This document shows, one piece after another, positions 10,998 through 22,634 of a stretch of 64,000 nt of DNA; the first letter of the stretch is position 1; each line of letters opens with the position of its first letter. The notes beneath the pieces are model-generated. The model saw only the letters and a program-made list of their open reading frames with translations, was not told the origin of the DNA and searched no databases. The DNA is from an uncultured Actinomycetota bacterium. GTDB lineage: Bacteria; Actinomycetota; Actinomycetes; JAFAQI01. The DNA lies in the NCBI GenBank assembly GCA_963835405.1, contig CAWIFV010000016.1:67017-131016 (forward strand), in the 5' to 3' direction. Position numbers and translations under genes: made by a program.

Positions 10998-11882
10998 ATG
11001 CCGTCCCCGAACCGACCGCGCATCCGGCTGCCCTCGACCGAGGCCGTGCGGGACTGGCTGGGACACGTGGGGCGGCTGCTGCGACGGTCGTACCACGAGT
11101 TCCGCGAGGACCACTGCCAGCAGATGGCGGCGGCGATCTCCTACCACCTGCTCTTCTCGCTGTTCCCTCTCGCCATCGCCGCGGTGGGGGTGCTCGGACT
11201 GTTCACGAGCGACCCTGCTGCCCGCGACCGGGTCACCCAGCGAGTCGTCGACGTCGTACCGCTCACCGGGACCGGCCGACAGCAGCTGCACGACCTCCTC
11301 GGATCCGTCAGCGGCACGGCGGGGGCGCTCGGCCTGATCGGGCTGCTCGGCGTGCTCTGGTCGGCCAGCGGGGTGATGGCGGCCGTGCGCACCGCGCTCA
11401 ACGTCGCGTGGGACACCGACCAGCGGCGACCGTTCGTGCGCGGGAAGGCGGTCGACCTCATGCTGGTCGCCGGCGCCCTCCTCGTCGTCGGGTCCGCCCT
11501 GGGCATCACCATCGTCACGAGCCTCGCCCAGCGGCAGACCCGGCACGTCCCCGAGGTGCTCCGGCCGCTCGCGGGCGCGTTCGCCTCGGTGGCCGCGTTC
11601 CTGACCGCTCTGGCGCTGCTGTTCCTGGTGTTCCTGCTGCTCTACCGCGTCGTCCCCGCCGTCAGCACCAGGATGCGGGACGTGTGGCCCGGCGCGCTCG
11701 TCGCCGCCCTGGGGTTCGAGCTGGTGCAGCTCGGCTTCTCCGTCTACGTCTCCAACTTCGCCAACTACAACAAGGTCTACGGGTCGCTCGGCGCCGTGAT
11801 CGCGTTCATGTTCTACGTCTACCTGTCCAGCGCCGCGTTCCTGTTCGGCGCCGAGGTCGCCGCGGAGCATCCCCGGGCGTGA
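10998..11882 (+). CDS. YihY/BrkB-family membrane protein
   Basis: AAAISYHLLFSLFP, WSASG, VWPGA, YNKVYGSLG, LFGAEV. Confidence 0.9.
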   Translation: MPSPNRPRIRLPSTEAVRDWLGHVGRLLRRSYHEFREDHCQQMAAAISYHLLFSLFPLAIAAVGVLGLFTSDPAARDRVTQRVVDVVPLTGTGRQQLHDLLGSVSGTAGALGLIGLLGVLWSASGVMAAVRTALNVAWDTDQRRPFVRGKAVDLMLVAGALLVVGSALGITIVTSLAQRQTRHVPEVLRPLAGAFASVAAFLTALALLFLVFLLLYRVVPAVSTRMRDVWPGALVAALGFELVQLGFSVYVSNFANYNKVYGSLGAVIAFMFYVYLSSAAFLFGAEVAAEHPRA

Positions 11883-12012
11883 GCCCGCCCTTCGGGGGAC
11901 GTTCGTCCCCTTCCCGACCGATCCGTTCACGTCACACGCCGTCGCGGCCGATTGGGCTACGTCTGCGCGGAACCTGACCCCTCCGCGCGCGTCGGTTTCG
12001 GCACAGGGAGTT

Positions 12013-13662
12013 GTGAAGTCGTGTCAGGTACGTCGAGAGGCGGCGCGGCGGTCGGCGGCAACGCGGTGGCGCGATGGTTCGGCAACCGCAAGGTCAACAC
12101 CGAAGCTTGCTGCTGACCGTCGCGCTGCGCTCGTCATGGTCGCGGTCGGCGTCGGGCTCGTGTCGATCAACGGGATGTCGGGCATGGAGTCCCGATCGGA
12201 AGCGATGTACCGGCAAGGGTTCGTCTCCATGACGCACCTCGACACCACCCGACAGGCATTCGCCCAGATGCGCATGGACCTGCTTCCGGCGCTCTACACG
12301 CAGCCGGGTGCCGCCCTGGACAACCAGCTCGCCAAGATGGCGCCTGACGACAAGGCGATCGACGCGGCGGTCGCGCAGTTCCTGTCGAGCAACGTCACGG
12401 CGAAGTCGGAGATCGCGTCGTTCCGCAAGTCGCTGAGCGACTATCGCGCGCTGCGCGACAACACGCTCATCCCGCTGCTCCGCCGAGGTGACCTGGCTGG
12501 GGCGCAGAAGCTCCGCACGACGGACTTCGCTGAGGTGAACAAGCGACTGGTCGACGACTTCGAGTCGATCGTCGACGGCCGAGACGTCGTTCGTGGACCG
12601 GCAGTCCCGGGAGAGCGCCGCCAACTACTGCTCGTCCCGCACCACCGCGATCGCCTTCCTGGTCGTCGGTGTCCTGGTCGGCGTCGGGCTCGCCCTCTAC
12701 GTCGCCCGGCTGATCGTCGTACCGCTGCGGAAGGTGTCCGTGGTGATCGCCGGACTGCGGGAGGGCGACCTCACCCGAAGCGCCGGCGTGACGACCCAGG
12801 ACGAGATCGGGCAGATGGCGGCCGCGCTCGACGAGGCGACCGGCAGCCTGCGGGAGGCGATCGGCGCGGTCGCCGAGAACGCGACAACGCTCGCCGGGTC
12901 CAGCGAGGAGCTGTCGAGCGTCAGCCAGCAGATCGCGGCGTCGGCGGAGCAGACCAGCGCCCAGGCGAACGTCGTCTCGGCCGCCTCGGAGCAGATCTCC
13001 CGCAACGTGCAGACCGTCGCGACCGGCGCCGAGGAGATGGGCAGCCTCGATCCGGGAGATCGCCGACGAACGCCAGCGAAGCCGCGAAGGTCGCGCAGAG
13101 CGCGGTCGCCGTCGCGGAGTCCGCGCAACGTCACCGTCGGCCAGCTCGGCGACAGCAGCGCGCAGATCGGCAACGTCGTCAAGATGATCACCTCGATCGC
13201 CGAGCAGACCAACCTGCTCGCCCTCAACGCCACCATCGAGGCCGCCCGCGCCGGCGAGGCCGGCAAGGGCTTCGCCGTCGTCGCCACCGAGGTCAAGGAG
13301 CTGGCGCAGGAGACGGCGAAGGCGACCGAGGACATCTCGCGGCGCATCCACGGCGATCCAGGCCGAGACCAGCGGCGCCGTCGACGTCGATCCACGAGAT
13401 CGCGAACGTCATCCAGAAGCTCAACGACTACTCGATGACGATCGCCTCGGCCGTCGAGGAGCAGTCCGCCACCACCAACGAGATGAGCCGCAACGTCGCC
13501 GAGGCCGCCACCGGCACCAACGAGATCGCCAGCAACATCGTCGGGGTCGCGCAGGCCGCGGCGACGACGACCAGCGGCGTCACCGAGTCGAACCGGGCGG
13601 CGGCCGACCTGGCGCGGATGAGCGGCGAGCTGCAGCAGCTGGTGGGGAGCTTCCGCTACCGA
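12013..13662 (+). CDS. Methyl-accepting chemotaxis protein (TM-4HB-TM-HAMP-signalling), frameshifted; natural stop appears as CGA at 13660
   Basis: Helical extracellular domain, [41 protein letters not shown], ends LVGSFRY. Confidence 0.9.
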
Positions 13663-13714
13663 CTCCACCGGCTGCCCGGCCTACCGGGTCGGACTATCGC
13701 GTCGCGACGTTGTC

Positions 13715-13742
13715 CTCAGCGCGACCGGCCGAGACCCGATAG
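13715..13742 (+). promoter_or_regulatory. FliA-type promoter for the second MCP
   Basis: CTCA-N16-CCCGATAG about 30 nt before the start. Confidence 0.6.
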
Positions 13743-13772
13743 GCCGTCAGCAGTACGACGGGGAGGTGAACG

Positions 13773-15366
13773 GTGCACGCGGACGGCGCCCAGCGCGACC
13801 GCCGCCACCAGTTCGGCTGGTGGGACGACCGGTCGCTGACGGTCAAGGTGATGGCTCCGGTCGTGGTCGGCGGGGTGACCACGCTCGCGCTCGGAGTGGT
13901 CGTCGGCGCCGCCGTGTCCGTCGCCCTCGCGCTCGCGGTCATCCGGCGGCTCCGGCTGACGATCCAGCGCCTCGACACGTTCGTCGACAGGCTGGCGACC
14001 GGGGACCTGACGGGCAGCACCGGGGTCGCGTCGGCCGACGAGCTGGGCCGGATCGCCGCGCGGCTCGACGCCACCGCCGCCCTGCTCCGCCAGGAGATCG
14101 GCACCGTGGCCGTGACCGCCGCCACGCTGGCGGACGCGTCCGAGGAGCTGACCGAGATCTCGGGACGCATGTCGGGCAGTGCGGACGAGACCAGCGGGCG
14201 GGCCGGCGACGTGTCGACCGCGGCCACGCAGGTGTCGCGCAACGTCGAGACGGTTGCGACCGCGGCCGAGCAGATGAGCGCGTCGATCCGGGAGATCTCG
14301 GCCAACGCCGGGGATGCGGCGGCGGTAGCCCAGGAGGCGGTCGTCGCGGCAGGCACCGCCAACGAGACGGTCGCGCGGCTCGGCGCGTCGAGCGCCGAGA
14401 TCGGCAACGTCGTCAAGCTGATCACCTCGATCGCCGAGCAGACGAACCTGCTCGCCCTCAACGCCACGATCGAGGCGGCCCGCGCCGGCCAGGCGGGCGC
14501 CGGGTTCGCCGTCGTCGCCACCGAGGTCAAGGACCTCGCCCGCGAAGACCGCCGCCGCCACCGAGGAGATCTCCACCCGCATCCAGGGCATCCAGCAGGA
14601 CTCGGACGCGGCCGGTCAGGCCATCGCCGCGATCGCGGCAGTGGTCGAGCGCATCGACAGCTACCAGGCGACCATCGCCTCCGCGGTCGAGGAGCAGACG
14701 GCGACCACCAACGAGATGGGGCGCAGCACCGCACAGGCGGCGGCCAACGCCGGAGAGATCGCGCAGCACATCGTCGGCGTGGCCACGGCTGCCCGGGTGA
14801 CCACCGACGGCGTCGCCGAGTGCGACGCCGCGGCGCACGAGCTGGCCCGCGTCGCGGCGACGCTGCGTGGCAGCGCGGAGCGGTTCCGCACGGGCGAGGC
14901 CGCGGTGTCCACCGCTCGCAGCGCGGCCGACGACACCGGGCGCATCGCCAGCGGCGAGCGCGTCGTGATGATGGACGAGCCCGGGAAGATCACCATCGAG
15001 ATGCTGCCGGAGATCCGTACCGTCGTCATGAACTGGCGCCACCAGGACGACGAGGTCTTCCGGCGCTCGCTCGAGCGCCAGCTGCAGATCATCACGGAGC
15101 ACCGGCTGACCGGGGTCATCGTGGACACGTCGAGCGTCAGCGGCACGCTGTCCGACGCGGCGCAGACGTGGGTGGCTACCGACTTCTTCCCGCGGATGGG
15201 ACGCACCACCGCCCGCATCGTGGTCACCGTCGTGCCGCGGTCCTCGCTCGCCAAGCTGGTGAACCAGCGCTGGCAGGCGGTGCACGACTGCGGCTTCGAG
15301 CAGGTGGAGGTCGGCTCGCTGGCCGAGGCCGAGACCATCGCCGCCCGCTACGCCGACGCCCGCTGA
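13773..15366 (+). CDS. MCP lacking an extracellular ligand domain, with a C-terminal STAS/SEC14-like domain; frameshift near 14545
   Basis: One hydrophobic stretch, HAMP (DELGRIA), signalling hairpin, then about 130 extra residues after AERFRT. Confidence 0.85.
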
Positions 15367-15424
15367 CCACGGGCGGCACGGGGAGTGACCTGAGGAGGAG
15401 AGTCTGGACCACTACGACGGGACG

Positions 15425-17572
15425 GTGACCCTGGCCGATGACCGGGGGTCGCCGGCACCGATGCTGCCGCCGCCGGGGGGCGCGGACCCGCCGCCGACCC
15501 GGCGGGCGAAGCCTGCTGCGGCGATGGCTCTCGCCGGCGCCGCCGCCACGGCGCTGACGCCGCTCGGCCCCGGACCGCCGGTGGCGTGGGCGCTGCCCGC
15601 GCGCGTCGCCTGCTACGTGCTCGCCGCCGCGGCGCTGTGGCGCCTGCTGGTGGTCAGGACGGGTGGCGTTCGCGCCGAGCTCGCCCTCGACGGTGCGGTC
15701 GTGGGTGCGGCGGTCGGCACGCTGCTCCTCGTCGGGTGGTACCTGCCGCTCGTCGCGCACACCGCAGCACCGACACCGGTCCGGGTCGTCTACCCGCTGG
15801 CCGACCTGACCCTGGCCGTGCTCGTGTCCGCGACACTGCTGCAGCCGGGAGGGCTGGACGACGCGTTCGGGCGCCGGCTGACGTCCGGTGTCCTCGTCGC
15901 CCTGGGCGCCGACATGGCCCGGGTCACCGTGCTCGCCCCTGACGGGCACGACCCGGCGACGGCCCGCGCCGTCACGGTGGCCGGCCTGCTGCTGGTGTTC
16001 GCGTCGATGTTCGCGGCGCGCGCGGCCACCCCGCCGGTGCGACTCGCCCGAGGCCCCGAGATCAGCGTGCCGGCCACCGCCGTGCTGGTCGTCTCGGCCG
16101 TCCTGATCGTCGCCGCCGCCCGCAGCGTCACCCCTGGCGTCGTCGTCTTCGCCGCCCTGAGCCTGCTCGCGTTCTCGGCCCGCACAGCGCTGACGTTCCG
16201 CGACGTGGCGGAGCTGGCCGAGACGCGCCGGCAGGCCACGAGCGACGACCTCACCGGGCTGGCCAACCGACGGCTGCTCCTGCAGCAGCTCCACCGAGTG
16301 ACCGTCGACGGCACGGGGAACGCCGCGCTGGTCCTGATCGACCTCGACCGGTTCAAGGAGGTCAACGACGCGCTGGGACACGGCGTCGGCGACCTGCTGC
16401 TGCAGAAGGTCGGCCCGCGGCTCGCCCAGGCGTTGCGTCACACGGACCTGCTCGCGCGGCTCGGTGGCGACGAGTTCGGCGTACTGCTTCCGGACGCGGA
16501 CCGCGCCAGCGCGACCGCCGCCGCGCAACGGCTCACCGAAGCGCTCGCCGAACCGATCACGCTCGACGGCGTCACCCTGCACGTCCAGGCCAGCATGGGT
16601 ATCGCCCTGCACCCGGAACACGGCCCCACCCCGGGCGAGCTGCTGCGGCACGCCGACGTGGCGATGTACGACGCGAAGCGGCGACGGTGCGGGGTGGTCG
16701 TCTACTCCACCGGCAGCGACCCCGACTACCGCAACCGCCTCCGGCTGGCCCACGAGCTGCGCCAGGCGTTCGGCACCGGGCAGCTCGTCTGCCACTACCA
16801 GCCGAAGTGCGCGCTCGATCCCCCGCGTGTCGTCGGCGTCGAGGCCCTCGTCCGGTGGCAGCACCCGCAGCTCGGCCTGCTCGTCCCGGCCGCGTTCCTC
16901 CCGCTCGCCGAGCAGGTCGGCCTGATGGACCAGCTGCTCCGGGAGGTGCTCTCGATCGCGCTCCGGCAGTGCCGGGAGTGGCGGGACGCCGGCCTCGACA
17001 TCAGCGTCGCGGTCAACGCGTCCACCTCCAACCTCCTGGACGCCACGCTGCCCGAGCAGGTGACGGCGCTCCTCGCCGAGCACGGCGTGCCCGCCGAGGC
17101 GTTGATCGTGGAGATCACCGAGGAAGACCTGATGACCGACCCCGTCCGCGCGCGGAGGACGGTGCTGGGGCTGCGGCGTCGGGGGGTGCGCGTCTCGGTC
17201 GACGACTACGGCACCGGCTACTCCGCGCTCGCCTACGTCAGCTCGCTGCCGCTCTCCGAGCTCAAGCTGGACCGGCGGTTCGTCTCCCGGATGGCCGACA
17301 GCGAGCGCGACTCCGCGATCGTGCGGTCGACCATCGACCTCGCCCACGCGCTCGGCCTCACGATCGTCGCCGAAGGCGCGGAGACCGCCGAGCAGTGGCG
17401 GACGCTGACCCGGCTCGGGTGCGACTACGCCCAGGGCTTCTACCTGAGCCGCCCGGTGCCGGGTCCCGACGTCCCGGCGGCCCTCGCGCTCTGGTCGCGA
17501 CGCGCGGAGGACGCCAGCACGGCTGGCGCCGCCAGCCCCAGGGGCAGCGGCGCCGGCCGCCGGGCAGGTTAG
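15425..17572 (+). CDS. Membrane GGDEF-EAL diguanylate cyclase/phosphodiesterase
   Basis: TM N-terminus; [41 protein letters not shown]. Start uncertain. Confidence 0.92.
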   Translation: MTLADDRGSPAPMLPPPGGADPPPTRRAKPAAAMALAGAAATALTPLGPGPPVAWALPARVACYVLAAAALWRLLVVRTGGVRAELALDGAVVGAAVGTLLLVGWYLPLVAHTAAPTPVRVVYPLADLTLAVLVSATLLQPGGLDDAFGRRLTSGVLVALGADMARVTVLAPDGHDPATARAVTVAGLLLVFASMFAARAATPPVRLARGPEISVPATAVLVVSAVLIVAAARSVTPGVVVFAALSLLAFSARTALTFRDVAELAETRRQATSDDLTGLANRRLLLQQLHRVTVDGTGNAALVLIDLDRFKEVNDALGHGVGDLLLQKVGPRLAQALRHTDLLARLGGDEFGVLLPDADRASATAAAQRLTEALAEPITLDGVTLHVQASMGIALHPEHGPTPGELLRHADVAMYDAKRRRCGVVVYSTGSDPDYRNRLRLAHELRQAFGTGQLVCHYQPKCALDPPRVVGVEALVRWQHPQLGLLVPAAFLPLAEQVGLMDQLLREVLSIALRQCREWRDAGLDISVAVNASTSNLLDATLPEQVTALLAEHGVPAEALIVEITEEDLMTDPVRARRTVLGLRRRGVRVSVDDYGTGYSALAYVSSLPLSELKLDRRFVSRMADSERDSAIVRSTIDLAHALGLTIVAEGAETAEQWRTLTRLGCDYAQGFYLSRPVPGPDVPAALALWSRRAEDASTAGAASPRGSGAGRRAG

Positions 17573-17614
17573 CGTCGAACGTCGTACCGGTCGTCGCGGG
17601 ATCGAGGCAGAGCG

Positions 17615-17886
17615 ATGCAGCTGCGCGCACTCGGCGCCACGGGTCCACAGGTCGGCAGCATCGGGCTCGGCTGCATGGGCATGTCGGCGCTCTACGGCCC
17701 CGCCGACCGCGACGAGGGCATCGCCACGATCCGCGCCGCGATCGACGCCGGCATCACGCTGCGCCTGGGCACGGGCTACATCGACGTCTACCGTCCCGCC
17801 CGGCTCCGCGCTTCCAAGGGGAGAACCTGAGCCACAACCGCGCGCTGGTCGACGCCCAGATGGCCATGCTCGACAGCGAGCGCTGA
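17615..17886 (+). pseudogene. Aldo/keto reductase remnant with three internal deletions
   Basis: Colinear AKR blocks: GLGCMGMS..GITL | RLGTGYIDVYRPARL | PRFQGENLSHN | QMAMLDSER*. Confidence 0.85.
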
Positions 17887-18051
17887 CCAGGCCGTGGGCC
17901 CGGCGACCCCACCCCTGGGCTCCCCCGTCCGGGCCAAGGGGATGCCGCCGGCGCGACGAAGGTCCCTGGCGCGGTCCCCGCGCGTCGGGCAGTCTCGGGA
18001 CTCGCCGCACGGGGGCGGTCTCCGGCTTCGCTGCTGTCGTGGGGGTTCCTG

Positions 18052-21000
18052 GTGCAGCTCGACAGGGTGCCGCCCGGCGGAAGCGTGGTGCCGATGACCG
18101 CCGGACGGCCGCTCCGCAGTCGCGAGGCCCACGCCCGGAGGGCGGCCCTGGTCCGCAGCCACGTCGCCTCCATGCTCGCGTCCGCGAGCGAGGGCCAGCC
18201 GCTGGCCGCGCCGCAGGAGGTCGACACCGAGCGGCTGCGCCAGGAGGCGCTGGCGCAGTGCCCGGTCATCGTCGCCGCCTACGACACCGACGGTCTCGTG
18301 ACGATGCTGGAGGGCGGGGGGTGCGCCACCGTCGGCCTCGACCCCGCCGAGATGGTCGGGACCTCGGTCTTCGACGGCTGGCAGGCCGTCCCGCAGGTGC
18401 TGGACGCCGTGCGCCGCACGCTGGCCGGGGACGACGTCGCAGAGCCCGTCGTCGTACGACGCCGCGGGACGGTGTGGCACGGACGGTACCGCGCGCTGCG
18501 TGACGACGACGGGACCGTCGTCGGCGGGCTCTGTGTCACCGTCGACATCACCGACCGCGAGCACGCCGGCTCCGCGCTCGCCGAGTTCCAGGCGCGATGG
18601 TCCGCCGTCGCGGCACACTCCACCGACAGCGCAGTGGTGACCGACCCCGCCGGGAAGGTCAGGTGGCTGCTCCCGTCGCGGGTGCTGGGGACCGAGACCG
18701 CGCGGTACGTCGGCCGGCACCTGACCGACCTCTTCCTCGCCGAGGACGCGCCGGCCGTGACCGACCTGCTCGACCGCGCCCGCCGCTCCCCCGGTGCGCC
18801 GGTCCAGGGGGAGGCGAGGCTTCACCTCGGCGACGACGTGCGCATCGTCGAGCTGCACCGTCACCGACCTGGTCGGCACCCCCGCCATCGCCGGCATGGT
18901 GGTGAACCTGCGGGACGTGACCGGCGCCGCCGCCCTGGTCGAGCGGCTGCGCGCCTCCGACGTGCTGTGGCGCGCCCTGGTCTCCCGGGCTCGCGACGCC
19001 GCCGCGGTGCTCGACCCCGAGCTGCGCATCCTCCACCTCCGTGAGGGTGGCTACCGGATGGCCGGGTTCTCGGCCGAGAAGGTTCTGGGCCACAGCGCCC
19101 TCGACTTCGTGCATCCGGACGACGTCGCCACGGTCCGGGAGCACTACGCGACGGTGCTCGCCGCCCCCGGAGCCCATCCGCCGATCGAGCTCCGGCTCGA
19201 CTCCGGCGACGGGCGCTGGCTCTGGTTCGAGGCGGAGTTCGTCAACCACCTCGACGATGCGGACATCGGAGGCGTCGTCGTCACCGCGCGCGACGTCACC
19301 GCCCGCAAGACCGCCGCGCTCCAGGTCGCCGCCAGCGAGGCGCTGCACCGCGCCATCGTCGACGCCGCCCACGAAGGCATCTGCGTGCTCGACGACGACG
19401 GCCGGGTCGTCCGCGGCAACGCGCGGATGTGCGAGCTGGTGGGACTGCCCGACGTCGTCGGTCACTCCGTCCTGGACCTCGTGCACCCGGAGGACCTCGC
19501 CGTCCTCGCGCCCCACGTCGGCGGGGGCATCGTCGGGGGTGACCCGATCACGCTGCGGCTGCGGCACTCCGCCGGGCACGACGTGTGGGCCGCGCTCGTC
19601 CTGTCGGTCCTGCCCGACGTCGGCAACGGCGTTCCGGGCACGCTGCTGATCGCCCGGGACGACTCGACGCGCATCCGGCAGGAGCGCGAGCTGCGGGACC
19701 GGGTCCGCCGGGACACCCCGACCGGGCTGGACAACCGGCTCTCCCTGCTGACCCGTCTCGACCTGCTCGCCGACCAGGGCCGCAGCGACGTCGCGCTGCT
19801 GCTGCTCGACATGGACACGTTCAAGGTGATCCTGCAGAACCTCGGGCCGCGGCTGGCGGACGACGTCGTCCGGCTCGTGAGCGACCGGGTCCGCGCGGCC
19901 GCGCATCCGAGCGACCTGGTCGCCCGGTTCGGCGAGGACTCGCTGGCCGTGCTGTGCGCGTGCCGGCACGACTCGGGACAGCTGGAGACCTACGCGCACC
20001 AGCTGCAACGGGCGGTCAGCCAGCCGATGACGGTCACCGGGCACACGCTGCTAGTGACCGTGGGCATCGGGATCGCCGCGAACATGCTCGAGCGGGAGTC
20101 GGACGTGCTGGTCCGGGCCGCGACGGCGGCGGTCGCGCGGGCGCAGGGGCGCGGGCACAACCAGGTCGAGACCATCGACGTGCAGTCCGCCGACCACGCC
20201 CTCGACCGGTGGCGCCTGCACGATGACCTGCAGCGTGCGATCGAGGCCGAAGAGCTGCACGTCGTGTTCCACCCGATCGTCGACATCCGGACCGGGACCA
20301 TCGTCGGCGCGGAGGCGCTGGCGCGATGGGCGACGGAGGCGCGCGGGGAGATCCCGCCCTCGGCGTTCATCCCGCTCGCCGAGCAGACCGGGCTCATCCT
20401 GCGGCTCGGCGAGTGGGTGCTCACCGAGGCCTGCCGGCACGCCGCGCTGTGGCCGACCAGGACCGACGGCCCACTGCCGCTGAAGGTGTCGGTGAACCTG
20501 TCCGCGCGCCAGCTCGCCGACCCGGCGCTCGTCGACACGGTCCGCAGGGCGCTCGCCGCCAGCGGGCTGCCGGCCGACCGGCTGATCCTCGAGGTCACGG
20601 AGACCGGCATCCTCACCGACCTCGACACGGCCGAGGCGATCCTGCGCCGGCTGCACGAGCACGGCGTGCAGATCGCGGTCGACGACTACGGGACCGGGCA
20701 CTCGTCCCTGGTCTACCTGCGCCGCCTCCCGATCGACCTGCTCAAGGTCGACCGGATGTTCGTCGCGGGGCTGGGCGACGACCGGGAGGCCGCGGCACTG
20801 GTCTCCGGGATGGTCCAGCTCGCGCACGGCGCCGACGTGACGGTCGTCGCCGAAGGCGTCGAGCAGCCCCGCCAGCTGGAGCTGCTGGACGCGCTCGGCT
20901 GCGACCTCGGCCAGGGCGACCTGTGGGCCACCCCGCTGCCACCCGCCGACTTCCACGACCTGGTGGTCTCCGGGCCGCCGTGGGCCGAGAGCGGCGGCGG

Positions 21001-21183
21001 GACGGCCCGCGAGGACCTGTTCGCCTCCCCACCGACCCTGGCCCGCATCCTCGAGCTGGCGACGGCAGGTGCGTCGTACACGTCGATCGCGGCGGCGCTC
21101 AACCGCGGGAACGTCCCCGGCCGGGCGGGCGGCGGTGGGGTCGGGCGAGCATCGCGCGGGTGGTCTCGACGCTCACGGGCTAG
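18052..21183 (+). CDS. Multi-PAS, degenerate GGDEF, EAL phosphodiesterase with a C-terminal recombinase-type HTH; frameshifts near 18855 and 21120
   Basis: PAS repeats (VHPDD, VHPED), RFGEDSL, AEALARW, DDYGTGHSS, tail GASYTSIAAALN..GGRRW..SIARVV*. Confidence 0.85.
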
Positions 21184-21295
21184 CCGTTCGGCGCCGTCGC
21201 GACGGCTCCGACTGCCAGCACAAACGGGACCAAAGCCCGGTTCGCAACCGGCCCGACCGGTCGATGGGCAGGCGTCAGAACGAAGGAGACGACCG

Positions 21296-22136
21296 ATGTC
21301 CACCGACACCGTCCCGGGAGGCCCACCCCCGGCGACGACCGACGCGTCCGGGCCGACGAGGGACGCGCGACTCATCTGCTACGCCGTGATCGACTCCCGT
21401 GGCACCCTCGTCGAGGCCGCTGGGCTGAGCCGGTGGCTGGGCCTCAACGGTCGGGTCGCCACCGGCACGGCCCTGTGCGAGCTGGCCGACCCGACGCACC
21501 GCGCCGAGCTGGCGGCCGCGCTCGCGGCCTCGCTGCAGGCGCCGGCCGGACGTTTCCTGGGCATGTTCGTCTTCACCCGCGGCGACGGGTCGGGATGCGT
21601 CGCCGCGCTCAGCACGATCTCCGTCGGGGCCGCCGCGGAGCGGGCGATGGTGCGCTTCGACGAGCCCGTCACCGGCCACCGCGGGCCCGCCGCGACCGCC
21701 GAGCCACGAAGCGAGGTCGGCGTCGGTTCGTTCGTCGCGACGCTCGCCGGCCACGGGCACCTGCACCCGGTGAACCAGGCGGCTCGGCTGCTCGGGATGA
21801 GCGGCACCGCGGCGACGTTGAGCTCCCCTCGCCCACCCCGACGACTGCTGTCTGCTCGACGCCCTGCTCTGGTCCGCCGCGAGTGGTGAGCCGAGCTCGG
21901 CGACCGTGCGCCTCCGCGGCGTGACCGGATCGTTCCAGCCGTTCTCCGTGACGGTCGCTGCCACCTCCCCCGGTCTCGCCGCCTCGCTGCTGGTGCGCGG
22001 CGAACCGGCACCGACGACCGTCTCCGACGCGCCGCGGGCGTCACGCATCGCGCGCTGGGTCGCCTCCCGTGACCTCGGCGCGCTTCGCGACCGCAGCGCT
22101 GCCGCCGCCGGCGACACCCGCCAGCGCTCGGCGTGA
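21296..22136 (+). CDS. Hypothetical protein with PAS-like segments, probable frameshift near 21830-21900
   Basis: GAAGGAG RBS; YAVIDSRG..ELADPTHR..FTRGDGS pattern resembles PAS. Confidence 0.55.
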
Positions 22137-22173
22137 CCACCCCCCGCCACCCGTCCAGGCGCCAGGAGGGCTG

Positions 22174-22314
22174 ATGTCGGTGACCATGCTGCTGCTGCGT
22201 GCGGGTGTCCCGCTCACGCTGCTGCTCGACCTCGCCCCGGACACCGGTCCCGACTCGCCCGGCATTCTCGCCTTCGAGGAAGCCATGGCGGCCGTGGAGG
22301 AGCGCGGCGCCTGA
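22174..22314 (+). CDS. Small hypothetical protein (46 aa)
   Basis: AGGAGG RBS; MSVTMLLLRAGVPLTLLLDLAPDTGPDS; converges on csrA. Confidence 0.65.
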   Translation: MSVTMLLLRAGVPLTLLLDLAPDTGPDSPGILAFEEAMAAVEERGA

Positions 22315-22327
22315 CCGGCTCCGGCTG

Positions 22328-22576
22328 CTAGCGCTGCCCGGCCTCCCCCGGCCGGCGCTTCAGCCGGCCGAGGTCGCGCAGCCGCGCGGTGTCGGTCGAC
22401 GACGCGGCGCGGTTGGCGCTCTCGATCGCGGTGTAGACCTCCTCGCGGTAGATCGGCGTGGTGCGCGGCGCCTCGATCCCGATGCGGACCTGGTCGCCGC
22501 GAACCTCGATGACGGTCACGACGACGTCGTGGCCGATGACGATCTTCTCGCCGGCGCTCCGGGTGAGGACGAGCAC
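22328..22576 (-). CDS. csrA: Carbon storage regulator CsrA
   Basis: (M)LVLTR..GEKIVIG..VRIGIEAP..IYREEVY. Confidence 0.95.
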   Translation of the reverse strand: MLVLTRSAGEKIVIGHDVVVTVIEVRGDQVRIGIEAPRTTPIYREEVYTAIESANRAASSTDTARLRDLGRLKRRPGEAGQR

Positions 22577-22634
22577 GGGACGCCTTCCTGCCGCGGGCCG
22601 GGTGACCGTTCCTGGGGCTTGCCCGGGCATCGTG

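Noticed and set aside
21215-21260. GGGACCAAAGCC resembles part of a c-di-GMP-I riboswitch
   Set aside because: The upstream GGCAAA and GNRA-capped stem are missing and there is too little room for the fold.
18794-21889. 1031-aa ORF fusing the PDE to the next PAS-like protein
   Set aside because: Artefact of the frameshift near 21120; the downstream gene has its own RBS and ATG at 21296.
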